Below, piece after piece: positions 1 to 8,669 of a stretch of DNA of 27,407 bases. The stretch is taken from positions 99,659-127,065 of IMG/VR virus record IMGVR_UViG_3300034072_001378, one strand, 5' to 3'. The DNA is from a virus. Every line of letters starts with the position of its first letter. Within the stretch, counting starts at the first letter, position 1. The notes below the pieces were generated by a model. That model had not been told where the DNA came from. It did not search any database and saw nothing but the letters and a program-made list of their open reading frames with translations. Both the position numbers and the translations under genes were made by a program.

Positions 1-622
1 TTTATTTAATTATTTTGATGATATTATAGAACACGATGAAGCTCTAGAATATTTAGCAAAAAGGGGATTTAATTATTTTAATTTACCATATAATTGGTAT
101 TTTGGAATTCAAGATTTAAGAATTGGGGAAACATTATACAAAATAACAAATTCAATTATTATTCCACTTTATTATAAAGAAGAAATGTATGGTTTTTATA
201 GTAGAAATATTTTTGATAAAACATTTTATACCTATAATCCAGAAGCAAATATGGGATTGAAGGTATGGAATTGGTTTAATATAGATAAAGATAAAGAATG
301 TTATATATTTGAGGGAATATTTGATTCACTAGCAAGTTCTTATGAAAATATTATTGCTTTAATGGGTGCTAAAATACCACCCGAAAGATTAAAAGAATTA
401 AAAAAACCTGTATTTGTTCTCGATAACGATAGAACTGGAATATTAAACTCATTAGAATATGCTAAAAAAGGTTATAATGTTTATATACAACCAAACGAAT
501 ATAAAGAAAAAGATATGAATGAGTTAATGCTCAATCACCCAAATTTAGATATTAAAAAATTAATTTCTGATAATCTATATACTGGAATATCAGCGGAAGT
601 AAGATTAAAAGCAAAACTATAA
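1..622 (+). CDS. gp61: DNA primase, T4 gp61-like (TOPRIM), 5'-truncated by the window edge
   Basis: Frame is open from base 2 (LFNYFDDIIEHDEALEYLAKRG...IIIPLYY) into the 185..622 ORF; TOPRIM motifs IFEGIFDSL, VLDND and KDMNE. Confidence 0.88.
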   Translation, partial: LFNYFDDIIEHDEALEYLAKRGFNYFNLPYNWYFGIQDLRIGETLYKITNSIIIPLYYKEEMYGFYSRNIFDKTFYTYNPEANMGLKVWNWFNIDKDKECYIFEGIFDSLASSYENIIALMGAKIPPERLKELKKPVFVLDNDRTGILNSLEYAKKGYNVYIQPNEYKEKDMNELMLNHPNLDIKKLISDNLYTGISAEVRLKAKL

Positions 623-637
623 ATGAAAGGATTTAAT

Positions 638-738
638 ATGAAAAATATAATTGAAACTAAATTATTAAAAGTACAAATATATATGAACCTGCGATTAAAG
701 TTGGTTTAGAAAATAATGATTGGATAAAAGTAAATTAA
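638..738 (+). pseudogene. Short gene remnant (frameshifted or internally deleted)
   Basis: AAGGA RBS, ATG at 638 (MKNIIETK..., stop 709); a shifted frame 661..738 reads IIKSTNIYEPAIKVGLENNDWIKVN*. Could instead be a 23-aa mini-ORF. Confidence 0.35.
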
Positions 739-756
739 CACATTTTAGTATATAAT
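735..756 (+). promoter_or_regulatory. sigma70-type early/middle promoter (TTWA-N12-TATAAT)
   Basis: TTAAC-acattttagta-TATAAT upstream of dsbA; one of 12 same-spacing copies. Confidence 0.7.
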
Positions 757-782
757 AAATAAATTAAAAATAAAGGATAAAA

Positions 783-1070
783 ATGGAAATTAGATCAACA
801 GAAGAAGCAAAACAAAATACAGAAAATTTTACTAAAGAAATGCTTAAATTAATGCTTCAGAAAAAATCAATTGATGAAGAAATTAAAGATGTAAAAAGCG
901 CTTATAAAGAAGATGGTGTTCCTGTGAACACTGTATGTAAAGCGATTAGTAAAATTAAAACAAATAAAAAGAAATCACAATCAGCACAATATGAAGAAGA
1001 AATTATTTCTGAATGGTTAGAAAATAATAAAGATATTGATGATATGATTACAACATTAATAGCAAAATGA
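783..1070 (+). CDS. dsbA: dsDNA-binding protein, T4 DsbA/GapR-like
   Basis: 95 aa; pattern KKSIDEEIKDVKSAYKEDGV...KAISKIK typical of DsbA/GapR (DUF2312); AAGGA RBS. Confidence 0.7.
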   Translation: MEIRSTEEAKQNTENFTKEMLKLMLQKKSIDEEIKDVKSAYKEDGVPVNTVCKAISKIKTNKKKSQSAQYEEEIISEWLENNKDIDDMITTLIAK

Positions 1071-1076
1071 TTTTAA

Positions 1077-1784
1077 ATGCTAAAATATGCCCCTTATTCA
1101 TTTAGTAAAATAAGTTCATTTATATCTTGCCCTAGAAAATTCAAGTTTCAATACATAGATAAAATTGGGACTTTTCTTGATACACCCGCTTTAATTAAAG
1201 GTAGAGCAGTTCATTACTGTATTGAAAATTCACACTTAGATATTACTGAATATACGGATGGGATAAAAAGAAATATAAAAGAATACCCAGAAATTTTAGA
1301 TGTAGTAAATAATTTTAAAAATTCGGAATTGGGACAAAAGTATCTATTTAATATAAAAAAGAAACCAATTAATGAATATAAGTTAGGTTTAACTAAAGAA
1401 TTGCAGGCAAGCGAATATTCAAAACATTCATTATTTAATGGTATTGTAGATTATATATGTACTATTGAAGAAAATACAGAAGAAATATTGTGTTTAATAG
1501 ACTTTAAAACAGGAAAATTCAAGGAGCCTAAATTTCAAGATTATAACCAATTACTTTATTATGCTATTCATTTCTTTGAAAAATACAAAATTCAAAAAAT
1601 AAAAATATCATTTGTTTATGTTGAACATAATTTAGAAAATGATTTATTGTTAGAATATAAGTACTTGAATACTTATAAAAATGAATTAATTCAAAATATT
1701 TCAAAAATTGAAAATTGTTCAGATTTTACAAAAAATATCTCAAAATTATGTGATTATTGTGTGTTCCAAGAAGTATGTAATTAA
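1077..1784 (+). CDS. Cas4-like / RecB-family PD-(D/E)XK exonuclease with Fe-S cysteines
   Basis: SFSKISSFISCPRKF (Cys1), G..VH, GIVDY, IDFKTG, QLLYYA, C-terminal CDYC-x5-C. Confidence 0.85.
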   Translation: MLKYAPYSFSKISSFISCPRKFKFQYIDKIGTFLDTPALIKGRAVHYCIENSHLDITEYTDGIKRNIKEYPEILDVVNNFKNSELGQKYLFNIKKKPINEYKLGLTKELQASEYSKHSLFNGIVDYICTIEENTEEILCLIDFKTGKFKEPKFQDYNQLLYYAIHFFEKYKIQKIKISFVYVEHNLENDLLLEYKYLNTYKNELIQNISKIENCSDFTKNISKLCDYCVFQEVCN

Positions 1785-1794
1785 ATTTCCAAAA

Positions 1795-1802
1795 TATAAA
1801 TA
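1795..1802 (+). promoter_or_regulatory. T4-type late promoter TATAAATA
   Basis: TATAAATA about 20 nt upstream of the capsid paralogue; TATAAATAATATAAAAA shared with 4226..4242. Confidence 0.7.
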
Positions 1803-1821
1803 ATATAAAAAGGATTTATAA

Positions 1822-2691
1822 ATGGAAATAGAAAAACAATTATTGGAAGATATTACTTCTCCTTTAGGTGGGGACCCAAATGTTGCTCAAGTTGAACAGA
1901 ATCTTTCAGTTGATAATATTTTTCAACAAACAAATATTCAAAGTTTAGCTAGACAAGTTTGTGCTACAGTTCAATTAATGGGACCATCAGGTGCTCTTTA
2001 TAATATTATTAAGAAAGTAGATGGATTTAAACTTATTAGAAAAGATTTAATTGAACGTCCTTCAACTATTTTAAAAACAGGAATTACTAGAGAAGCAATT
2101 CAAGATTTGAAATCTCAATTCGGAAAAGATGCTGATAATGTTATTGGAGCACTATTTAGAGGTATTTCAAATGAGATTGAGAATACTGCTTTATTGGATG
2201 TTCTTGGAACACAAGGGAAAGATTATGGTGATTTACAATTAAGTGATTCTTTAAATGCTGAAATGAATTTATTTGAAGTTACTCAAAAAGTTCATGAAAT
2301 TATTTTAAAAATGAATCAAAAATATCAAAGAACTTTTGATGCTTTTGCAATATTACCATTTAAACCACTAGGTGGTATTATGGGATTAAGTCAATATGCA
2401 GGAGCTTTAAAGAAAGATGAAAGAGGTTTGTTTATTACTCAAATTGGAAGTACTAAATTCTATTTAAACCCAGATGTTGCAGATGAATATGCTTATGTTG
2501 GTTTAAAAGATTCTGATAATTTAAGTAAAAGTTCTTTAGTATTTGCACCTTATCAAAACAACATTATTGAAGCAGTTGACCCGGATTCAGGAGAAGTTAT
2601 ATATTTCTTAGTAAACAGATTTGCTTTAGATAGTTCACCATTACACGAATTAGATAATGAAATGATTTACAAATTTAAAGTTCTGGTGTAA
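1822..2691 (+). CDS. Major-capsid (gp23) paralogue / gp24-like head vertex protein
   Basis: Segments echo gp23: SLARQVCATVQLMGPSGALY, SSLVFAPY, DPDSGEVIYFLVNRFAL; late promoter; N-terminal LLE as possible gp21 cleavage site. Confidence 0.72.
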   Translation: MEIEKQLLEDITSPLGGDPNVAQVEQNLSVDNIFQQTNIQSLARQVCATVQLMGPSGALYNIIKKVDGFKLIRKDLIERPSTILKTGITREAIQDLKSQFGKDADNVIGALFRGISNEIENTALLDVLGTQGKDYGDLQLSDSLNAEMNLFEVTQKVHEIILKMNQKYQRTFDAFAILPFKPLGGIMGLSQYAGALKKDERGLFITQIGSTKFYLNPDVADEYAYVGLKDSDNLSKSSLVFAPYQNNIIEAVDPDSGEVIYFLVNRFALDSSPLHELDNEMIYKFKVLV

Positions 2692-2701
2692 GGAGTTTTA
2701 A

Positions 2702-2968
2702 ATGGCAGATTTCGGTGGATATGTAGTTCTTGATAAGAATAAAATAGAGAATGATAAGTTATATATTTATGGTGAAGGAAGTTTAATTGCTTTAATTTTA
2801 ACATTAGTTGATAAAGATTTAGTTATAGAACCTAAAATAACTGGAAAGTCGTCTTATTTAAAAATATTAAGAAACCCACCTAAAAATATGACATTAAAAT
2901 TAGGTAATGAAAAGATAAGTAAAGAAGTACTTATTTCTGCATTACAATTTGCGGGGATTATAAGATGA
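2702..2968 (+). CDS. Hypothetical protein (late operon)
   Basis: AAGGAG RBS, 88 aa, directly follows the capsid paralogue. Confidence 0.7.
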   Translation: MADFGGYVVLDKNKIENDKLYIYGEGSLIALILTLVDKDLVIEPKITGKSSYLKILRNPPKNMTLKLGNEKISKEVLISALQFAGIIR

Positions 2969-3192
2969 AAGTAAAGATAGATTCAAAAAATAGAAAAATA
3001 ATTTTAACGGCTAGCGGAAAGGAAAGAAAGGTTATTAATTTAATTGTTGCTTTTGCTGGTGGTTCTGTTAAAAATGTTAGTAAATCTTTAATAGATAGAA
3101 TAGCAAATTCATTTATTAATACAATCGTTATTGATATGGATCAAGAAAATATAACTAAAGAGTTTATTCAATTATTATTAAGAATTAAATAG
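2965..3192 (+). CDS. Hypothetical protein
   Basis: ATGA overlap with the previous stop; 75 aa. Confidence 0.65.
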   Translation: MKVKIDSKNRKIILTASGKERKVINLIVAFAGGSVKNVSKSLIDRIANSFINTIVIDMDQENITKEFIQLLLRIK

Positions 3193-3221
3193 CCAAATAG
3201 AAATTTCTATTTGGCTTTTTT
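3191..3221 (+). terminator. Intrinsic terminator
   Basis: Perfect 26-bp palindrome AGCCAAATAGAAATTTCTATTTGGCT followed by a T run. Confidence 0.75.
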
Positions 3222-3243
3222 AGATTAAAAGAAAGGAGAAATA

Positions 3244-3513
3244 ATGTCAAACACATTTAAAAACTACTTCGTGAATGAAGCAGAAACCCCTGTTCAAAAT
3301 AAAACTGAACAAAAGAAAATTAAAAAAATAACAAAAGTAACTGATATTGAAGATGAATTAAGAAAATACTTTAAAATAAAGGAAATAATCTATAGTTCAT
3401 TTGGTATTCAGATCGATTTTTATAAAAAAATTTCACCCGATGAAATAAATGCTATTTTAGACCCAAAGATAAATGTTAAGTTCAAAGATAAAAGTATTTT
3501 TATAGAGTTTTAA
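3244..3513 (+). CDS. Putative internal head protein (capsid-targeting-like N-terminus)
   Basis: AAGGAG RBS; starts MSNTFKNYFVNE-A. Confidence 0.6.
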   Translation: MSNTFKNYFVNEAETPVQNKTEQKKIKKITKVTDIEDELRKYFKIKEIIYSSFGIQIDFYKKISPDEINAILDPKINVKFKDKSIFIEF

Positions 3514-3520
3514 TTTATTT

Positions 3521-3542
3521 TTAATTTAACTTAGTATATAAT
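3521..3542 (+). promoter_or_regulatory. sigma70-type promoter motif
   Basis: TTAAT-ttaacttagta-TATAAT. Confidence 0.65.
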
Positions 3543-3564
3543 AAAACAAAAATAGGAAAATAAT

Positions 3565-4224
3565 ATGCAAAAATTTAGAAAATATTTAAATGAATTATCA
3601 CTTAGTTCAACAAATGATGCGTTATTTCAAATTAATGAAGCACCGGTCGCGGTAATAGATGATTGGACAGGTTTTGAAACAAAAGATTTAAGAATTGGTA
3701 AAAAAGGTATTCAATTGGATTGGAATTTGGAAAACACATTAAAAGATAGATATGGGCACACCGTACAAATATATTCTTGTGATAATAAATATATTTTAGG
3801 TGCATGGGGGCATGAAGAAACCGAGAGAAAAAAAGAAGTATTTATCGTTATTGTGCAATTAAAGATTACCAAAAGAACCGACTTAAAGCAAATGGGTTAT
3901 AATAATCCTATCCAAATGAGTAAAGTAGAAACATCCAAAGGGTTTAAAGATAAAGGTTATGGAAAATTATTATATTCTTGGTTTATTCACAATCATTACA
4001 CATTAATTAGTGATATGATACAATTTAATGGTGCCAGAAAACTTTATGATTCTCTTTCGAGAGAAAAATTAATAATAGCTGATATTATAGATGATCAGGA
4101 AAGAAAAATTTTAAAGCATAATACTAGCGTTGATTCAGGTTTAGAAGATTGGGACTTTGATACAGAATTATGGTCTTATGATTTTGATAAATCTCATATA
4201 AGAATAGCACTATACTTAAAATAA
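3565..4224 (+). CDS. GNAT-like acetyltransferase, putative internal head protein
   Basis: N-terminus MQKFRKYLNE; acetyl-CoA motif FKDKGYGKLLY followed by LISDMIQ..GARKLY. Confidence 0.65.
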   Translation: MQKFRKYLNELSLSSTNDALFQINEAPVAVIDDWTGFETKDLRIGKKGIQLDWNLENTLKDRYGHTVQIYSCDNKYILGAWGHEETERKKEVFIVIVQLKITKRTDLKQMGYNNPIQMSKVETSKGFKDKGYGKLLYSWFIHNHYTLISDMIQFNGARKLYDSLSREKLIIADIIDDQERKILKHNTSVDSGLEDWDFDTELWSYDFDKSHIRIALYLK

Positions 4225-4225
4225 T

Positions 4226-4233
4226 TATAAATA
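4226..4233 (+). promoter_or_regulatory. T4-type late promoter TATAAATA
   Basis: Intergenic, followed by AGGAG RBS and ATG at 4255. Confidence 0.7.
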
Positions 4234-4254
4234 ATATAAAAATAGGAGATTATA

Positions 4255-4719
4255 ATGAATTCATTCATAAAATACATAAATGAAGCAAAAATTACAGAGA
4301 GAAATGATAATATCAAAAACTGGAAAGATATTGTTAATAAATTTGATATTATTGAAGATGCTATTTTACAACCTAATGGGAAATCTATTAGAGTTAGAGG
4401 TAAAAAAGATGGGAAATTCGCTGATGTTTACACGGATTATAAAAATTCTGAAGTAGCTAAAGAAGTTCTTAAAAAAGTTCAAGCATTTATTGGAATTAAA
4501 GAAGCAGCAGTGGGTCAAAAAGGAAGAACTTCATACAAAGAAGCAATGGATTATTGTGAAGAAAATGAAGAGCTTGTTGATGAATTTAGAAAAATTGTTA
4601 AGAAACTTGGTGGAAAAACAGTAGCTAAAGCACTAGTTGATAAATTATCACAAAAACCAGAAATTAAAGATGAAATGGATCATATTTCGAATATGGTTGT
4701 AGATAATACAAATTATTAA
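4255..4719 (+). CDS. Putative internal head protein
   Basis: MNSFIKYINE-A start, late promoter, several I-x-E sites. Confidence 0.6.
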   Translation: MNSFIKYINEAKITERNDNIKNWKDIVNKFDIIEDAILQPNGKSIRVRGKKDGKFADVYTDYKNSEVAKEVLKKVQAFIGIKEAAVGQKGRTSYKEAMDYCEENEELVDEFRKIVKKLGGKTVAKALVDKLSQKPEIKDEMDHISNMVVDNTNY

Positions 4720-4723
4720 AAGA

Positions 4724-4754
4724 TTAAAATAGAGAAATACACTCTCTATTTTAA
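4724..4754 (+). terminator. Stem-loop (possible terminator or processing site)
   Basis: TTAAAATAGAGA-aatacac-TCTCTATTTTAA; weak U-tail. Confidence 0.5.
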
Positions 4755-4765
4755 GAAAGGATAAA

Positions 4766-5314
4766 ATGATAAAATTTAGAGAATGGTTAAAATTAAAAGA
4801 AATCAAAAAAATTAATTTAGGTGATGCTCTTGAAGCAGCATATTTCTTTGAATCTTTTAATACACATTACGATATAGCAGAAATTAAAAAAGTAGATGTT
4901 TTTACTTTTTACGGTTTTTCTGTTAATAATAATCCTTATAGAATTTTTATCGAGGATATGCCTAAATATGATATGATACATATTGGATTTGAGAAATATG
5001 ATTTCAACGAGAGAAGATGGAGAATTGAGGGTATAGACAATGAGTTAAAAAATGGTGAAGTTCAGAAAATATTTGGGACTATTATATATGTTGTTAAAGA
5101 TTTATATAAAGGTGTATCATATAATAACATACTGTTTGGTTCAGATGAAACTAAAAAATTTAGGGTTTATCTCAGATTAGTTTCGCAAATTTCAAAAAAA
5201 CTTATACCGGATAGTGTTGTATCTCACACCGAAAGGTCGATAACTATAACAAAGGAAATAAAACCGGGTTTGAATTTATCGGAAATTAAAACAAAATATA
5301 AACCAAAGAAATAG
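4766..5314 (+). CDS. Putative internal head protein, paralogue A
   Basis: MIKFREWL start; clearly similar to 5331..5879 (FFESF.THYDI, YRIFIE, IHIGFEK, NGE.QK.FGTIIYVV, KKFRVYLRL, KYKPKK). Confidence 0.65.
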   Translation: MIKFREWLKLKEIKKINLGDALEAAYFFESFNTHYDIAEIKKVDVFTFYGFSVNNNPYRIFIEDMPKYDMIHIGFEKYDFNERRWRIEGIDNELKNGEVQKIFGTIIYVVKDLYKGVSYNNILFGSDETKKFRVYLRLVSQISKKLIPDSVVSHTERSITITKEIKPGLNLSEIKTKYKPKK

Positions 5315-5330
5315 AAAGGATTGTTTTTAA

Positions 5331-5879
5331 ATGATAAAATTTAGAGAATGGTTATTAGAAAAGCAAATAAAGAAAGATATTGAAAAATCAAATGAATTAT
5401 TTTGTTTCTTTGAATCTTTTGACACCCATTATGATATAACAAAAACTTACGAAAATAAATCAGTTAATATAAATTTTTATGAATTTAGAATAAATAAAAA
5501 CGCATATAGAATCTTTATAGAAAATATTGATAAATTTATTCACATTGGGTTTGAAAAACAAAACCCCGTTATAGAAATGGAATGGTATATTGATGGTATT
5601 GATAATGATTTGCAAAATGGAGAAATACAAAAATTATTCGGAACAATAATATATGTTGTTAGAGATTTATATAAAGGCGATTTTAATGCAATAAAAGTTA
5701 AAACAAATGAAGATAAAAAATTTAGAGTTTATTTAAGACTTATGCAACAAATATCTAATAGGTTGTTACCCGAGTCAACAGTATCGCATAATGATAAAGA
5801 AATACATATTTACAAACTTCCGAGAGAAAATGTTACAAAATTAAAAGAAATTAATTTCAAATACAAACCAAAGAAATAG
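5331..5879 (+). CDS. Putative internal head protein, paralogue B
   Basis: MIKFREWLLE start; tandem duplicate of 4766..5314, same length (182 aa). Confidence 0.65.
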   Translation: MIKFREWLLEKQIKKDIEKSNELFCFFESFDTHYDITKTYENKSVNINFYEFRINKNAYRIFIENIDKFIHIGFEKQNPVIEMEWYIDGIDNDLQNGEIQKLFGTIIYVVRDLYKGDFNAIKVKTNEDKKFRVYLRLMQQISNRLLPESTVSHNDKEIHIYKLPRENVTKLKEINFKYKPKK

Positions 5880-5897
5880 ACATTTAAAGTCTATTTC
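5873..5897 (+). terminator. Stem-loop after paralogue B
   Basis: GAAATAGAC-atttaaa-GTCTATTTC, overlapping the TAG stop. Confidence 0.45.
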
Positions 5898-5932
5898 AAA
5901 ATACTACAAAAATACTTACAAACTTATTGAAA

Positions 5933-5954
5933 TTAATTATAAATATATTATAAT
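5933..5954 (+). promoter_or_regulatory. sigma70-type promoter with embedded TATAAATA
   Basis: TTAAT-tataaatatat-TATAAT; late-type octamer at 5938..5945. Confidence 0.55.
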
Positions 5955-5981
5955 TAATCAAATCAAAAATAAAGGATTCAT

Positions 5982-8645
5982 TTGAAAGAACTTATTACTA
6001 TTTTTGATTCCAAAAGCAAAACTTATAAAACACCATTATCACCAACAGATGACAAAACATTTACATTCCAAACATTGATATGTTCTTCAAACCTTGAAAT
6101 GTATTCGTTAATGAGCACACATTTTATTCTTAATATACCAATATTAATATCTAAACCTACAAAAATGCTCAGACAAAAATCTGTTCTAGAAGAATTTTAC
6201 CAAAAAACGGTAACCTATGTAGTACTTGATATAGATGAAGTTAAATCAGAATTTAATAAACAATTAGTAATTGATTACTTCAAAAACTATAAAGTGATTC
6301 TTGGTGAATCAAGAAGTTATGACGGATATTCAAATTTTAATTTAAAAGGAATACTTTTTACAGAAGAAATACCGGTTGATGAAGTAAAAAATGTTCTAGC
6401 TGAATTAACAATTGAATTATCAGCTTATTGTAAAATAGATGAAAGTGCAGCCAGACGACCTAGTCTAAATGCACCAATGCTAAAAAATAAAGTTTTTATA
6501 AACAACGAAGATGGAATCAGATATAAATACATAAAAAAAGATAACATTGAAAAAATCAACGAAATAAAAAAGGAATATTTAACCAAAATATCTACATCAT
6601 TTGATATACCGGTTGAAGATTTACAAAATATTGAAGCTGATAGTATTGAAAATCTTTGTTTAAAGGTATTTCAAAGTATGGGATTTCAAGCAATGAAGAA
6701 TAATGGTAATGGTTCAATAACATTTAAACATCCTTCAGAAACTAAATCTCCTGGTGGATATTTTTGGTTTCAGCAAAGTCCGTACACAATGCACCATTTT
6801 AATACTTCTAAAAATATCAATATTTTTGATACTGTTAGAAAATTAGATGTTACAAAAAATTTATTAAGAAAAGATTTAAACTATAATACAGAATTTTTAA
6901 ATTTCAACATTAATACAAAAATCTTAAAAATAGATATGAAATTCATTGAAAAAACCCCTGAAATTGAAGAAAAAATACATAAATTTTTACATGCCAAAAA
7001 TGGTTTATTAGGTATCCGCAGTCCAATGGGCACAGGAAAGTCTAAAATTATTAGTCACGTAATTGAAGAATGTCACGAGCAAGATATGAAAGTTCTTATT
7101 ATAACAAATAGAATATCTGTTGCGCAAGATTTTGCTAAAAAATATAATATGAAACTTTATAATTCAGATAAGTATGAAGTTGGTGATTCGTTGGTTGTGC
7201 AATTTGATAGTTTATGGAGATACAATATAAAATTCTTTGATATAGTTATTATGGATGAATTTATTTCACTTATGTTACATAGTCGAAATAATCTAAATAA
7301 TAATAGTATTAATATTGCTAAATTTTTTGGGTGTTTTCAGAAAAAATTAGTTATTGCAGATGCATTTTTAACTGGTTATGAAAATTTTCTTTTAAATAAA
7401 GAACACAATGTGCATTTAATTGATAATATATACAGGGATGGGACAGAATTATATAATTACAGTGATTTAAACGCATTTTCACAACAATTAGTATATACTG
7501 CTTCAAAACAAAAAATCACAATTAGTAGCACAAGTATTTCTTTTATAAATTCAATGGCTTTATTATTAAAAAATAAAGGATTAAAAGTAATAACATTAAC
7601 CGCGGATACTATGGATAGTACTAAAAAATTAATTTACGATTTATTTGAGAAAGATGAACACGATAAATGGGACGTTTTAATTTATTCACCAACTTTAACT
7701 GTTGGTGTTAGTAATATGAATAATGTTTATTCCCATTTTCATTATGATAGTTCTATAAGTACAGATGTTATTAGTTCTTTACAAATGATAAAAAGAACTA
7801 GAAAAGCAAAAGAAATACATTTATTTATAAAAGATAAAATAAATTATCTAAAAACAAATTATAATGATATTAGAGATGAATATATGCAAAATATAGGTTC
7901 TAATATTGATAATAACTATTTATTTGAATTGGACAATTACGGTGAACCTAGATTATCAGATATTGGTAAAAAAGCAATAAAAATAGATGCTTTTAAAAAT
8001 ATTTTGGAATTTAATCACAAAGAAGCATTCTTTTGGTTGTGTAAATATCATTTTAATTCTCCAGCTAAAACAATTGAAACAAAATTTGAAGGCAATATTT
8101 TAGGTAAATATCAAAAAATTGTAAAAGACGAAAGAGAAGAAAATATAAAAAGAAATATAGAAGACTATTTGAACTTAAATAATATGGAAAAATCAGATAT
8201 TATAATGGGAATAAATAATGATAAAGTACTAAAAATTTTAGTCGATATTGAAGAAAACATTTCAGAGTGTTCAAAAGAAATAAAAAGTAAAATATTAGAA
8301 CTATCTTTTTTGGATAGTTCTTTTATACAGAAATGTAAATATTTTAAAACTGTTTATCTATTTTCTAAAGGGATATTAACAACAACTGATATAAAATACA
8401 AAATATCTGAAGCCGTTATGAGAAATAAAGATGATTTATATTTTTATAATACAGTTTTAGATAACGTTAAATCTGAAATTTTATTTTCATATCGTGCAAA
8501 AGATGTTAATCAAAATAAAAAACTAAAATACATATTAGAAAAATGCGGATATAAACCCGAAACAGGGGATAATTGGATGACTCCAGGCGATAGAAATTAT
8601 ATTTTAGATGAAAATGTAAGACAATACAATGGATACATTGTATAA
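5982..8645 (+). CDS. Primase/origin-binding SF2 helicase fusion (herpes UL9-like helicase domain)
   Basis: TTG start with AAGGA RBS; N-terminal VLDID (AEP-like); Walker A SPMGTGKS, TNRIS, IMDEF, YSPTLTVGVS, QMIKRTR. Confidence 0.7.
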   Translation: MKELITIFDSKSKTYKTPLSPTDDKTFTFQTLICSSNLEMYSLMSTHFILNIPILISKPTKMLRQKSVLEEFYQKTVTYVVLDIDEVKSEFNKQLVIDYFKNYKVILGESRSYDGYSNFNLKGILFTEEIPVDEVKNVLAELTIELSAYCKIDESAARRPSLNAPMLKNKVFINNEDGIRYKYIKKDNIEKINEIKKEYLTKISTSFDIPVEDLQNIEADSIENLCLKVFQSMGFQAMKNNGNGSITFKHPSETKSPGGYFWFQQSPYTMHHFNTSKNINIFDTVRKLDVTKNLLRKDLNYNTEFLNFNINTKILKIDMKFIEKTPEIEEKIHKFLHAKNGLLGIRSPMGTGKSKIISHVIEECHEQDMKVLIITNRISVAQDFAKKYNMKLYNSDKYEVGDSLVVQFDSLWRYNIKFFDIVIMDEFISLMLHSRNNLNNNSINIAKFFGCFQKKLVIADAFLTGYENFLLNKEHNVHLIDNIYRDGTELYNYSDLNAFSQQLVYTASKQKITISSTSISFINSMALLLKNKGLKVITLTADTMDSTKKLIYDLFEKDEHDKWDVLIYSPTLTVGVSNMNNVYSHFHYDSSISTDVISSLQMIKRTRKAKEIHLFIKDKINYLKTNYNDIRDEYMQNIGSNIDNNYLFELDNYGEPRLSDIGKKAIKIDAFKNILEFNHKEAFFWLCKYHFNSPAKTIETKFEGNILGKYQKIVKDEREENIKRNIEDYLNLNNMEKSDIIMGINNDKVLKILVDIEENISECSKEIKSKILELSFLDSSFIQKCKYFKTVYLFSKGILTTTDIKYKISEAVMRNKDDLYFYNTVLDNVKSEILFSYRAKDVNQNKKLKYILEKCGYKPETGDNWMTPGDRNYILDENVRQYNGYIV

Positions 8646-8669
8646 ATATTTTAAAAATAAAGGAAATAA

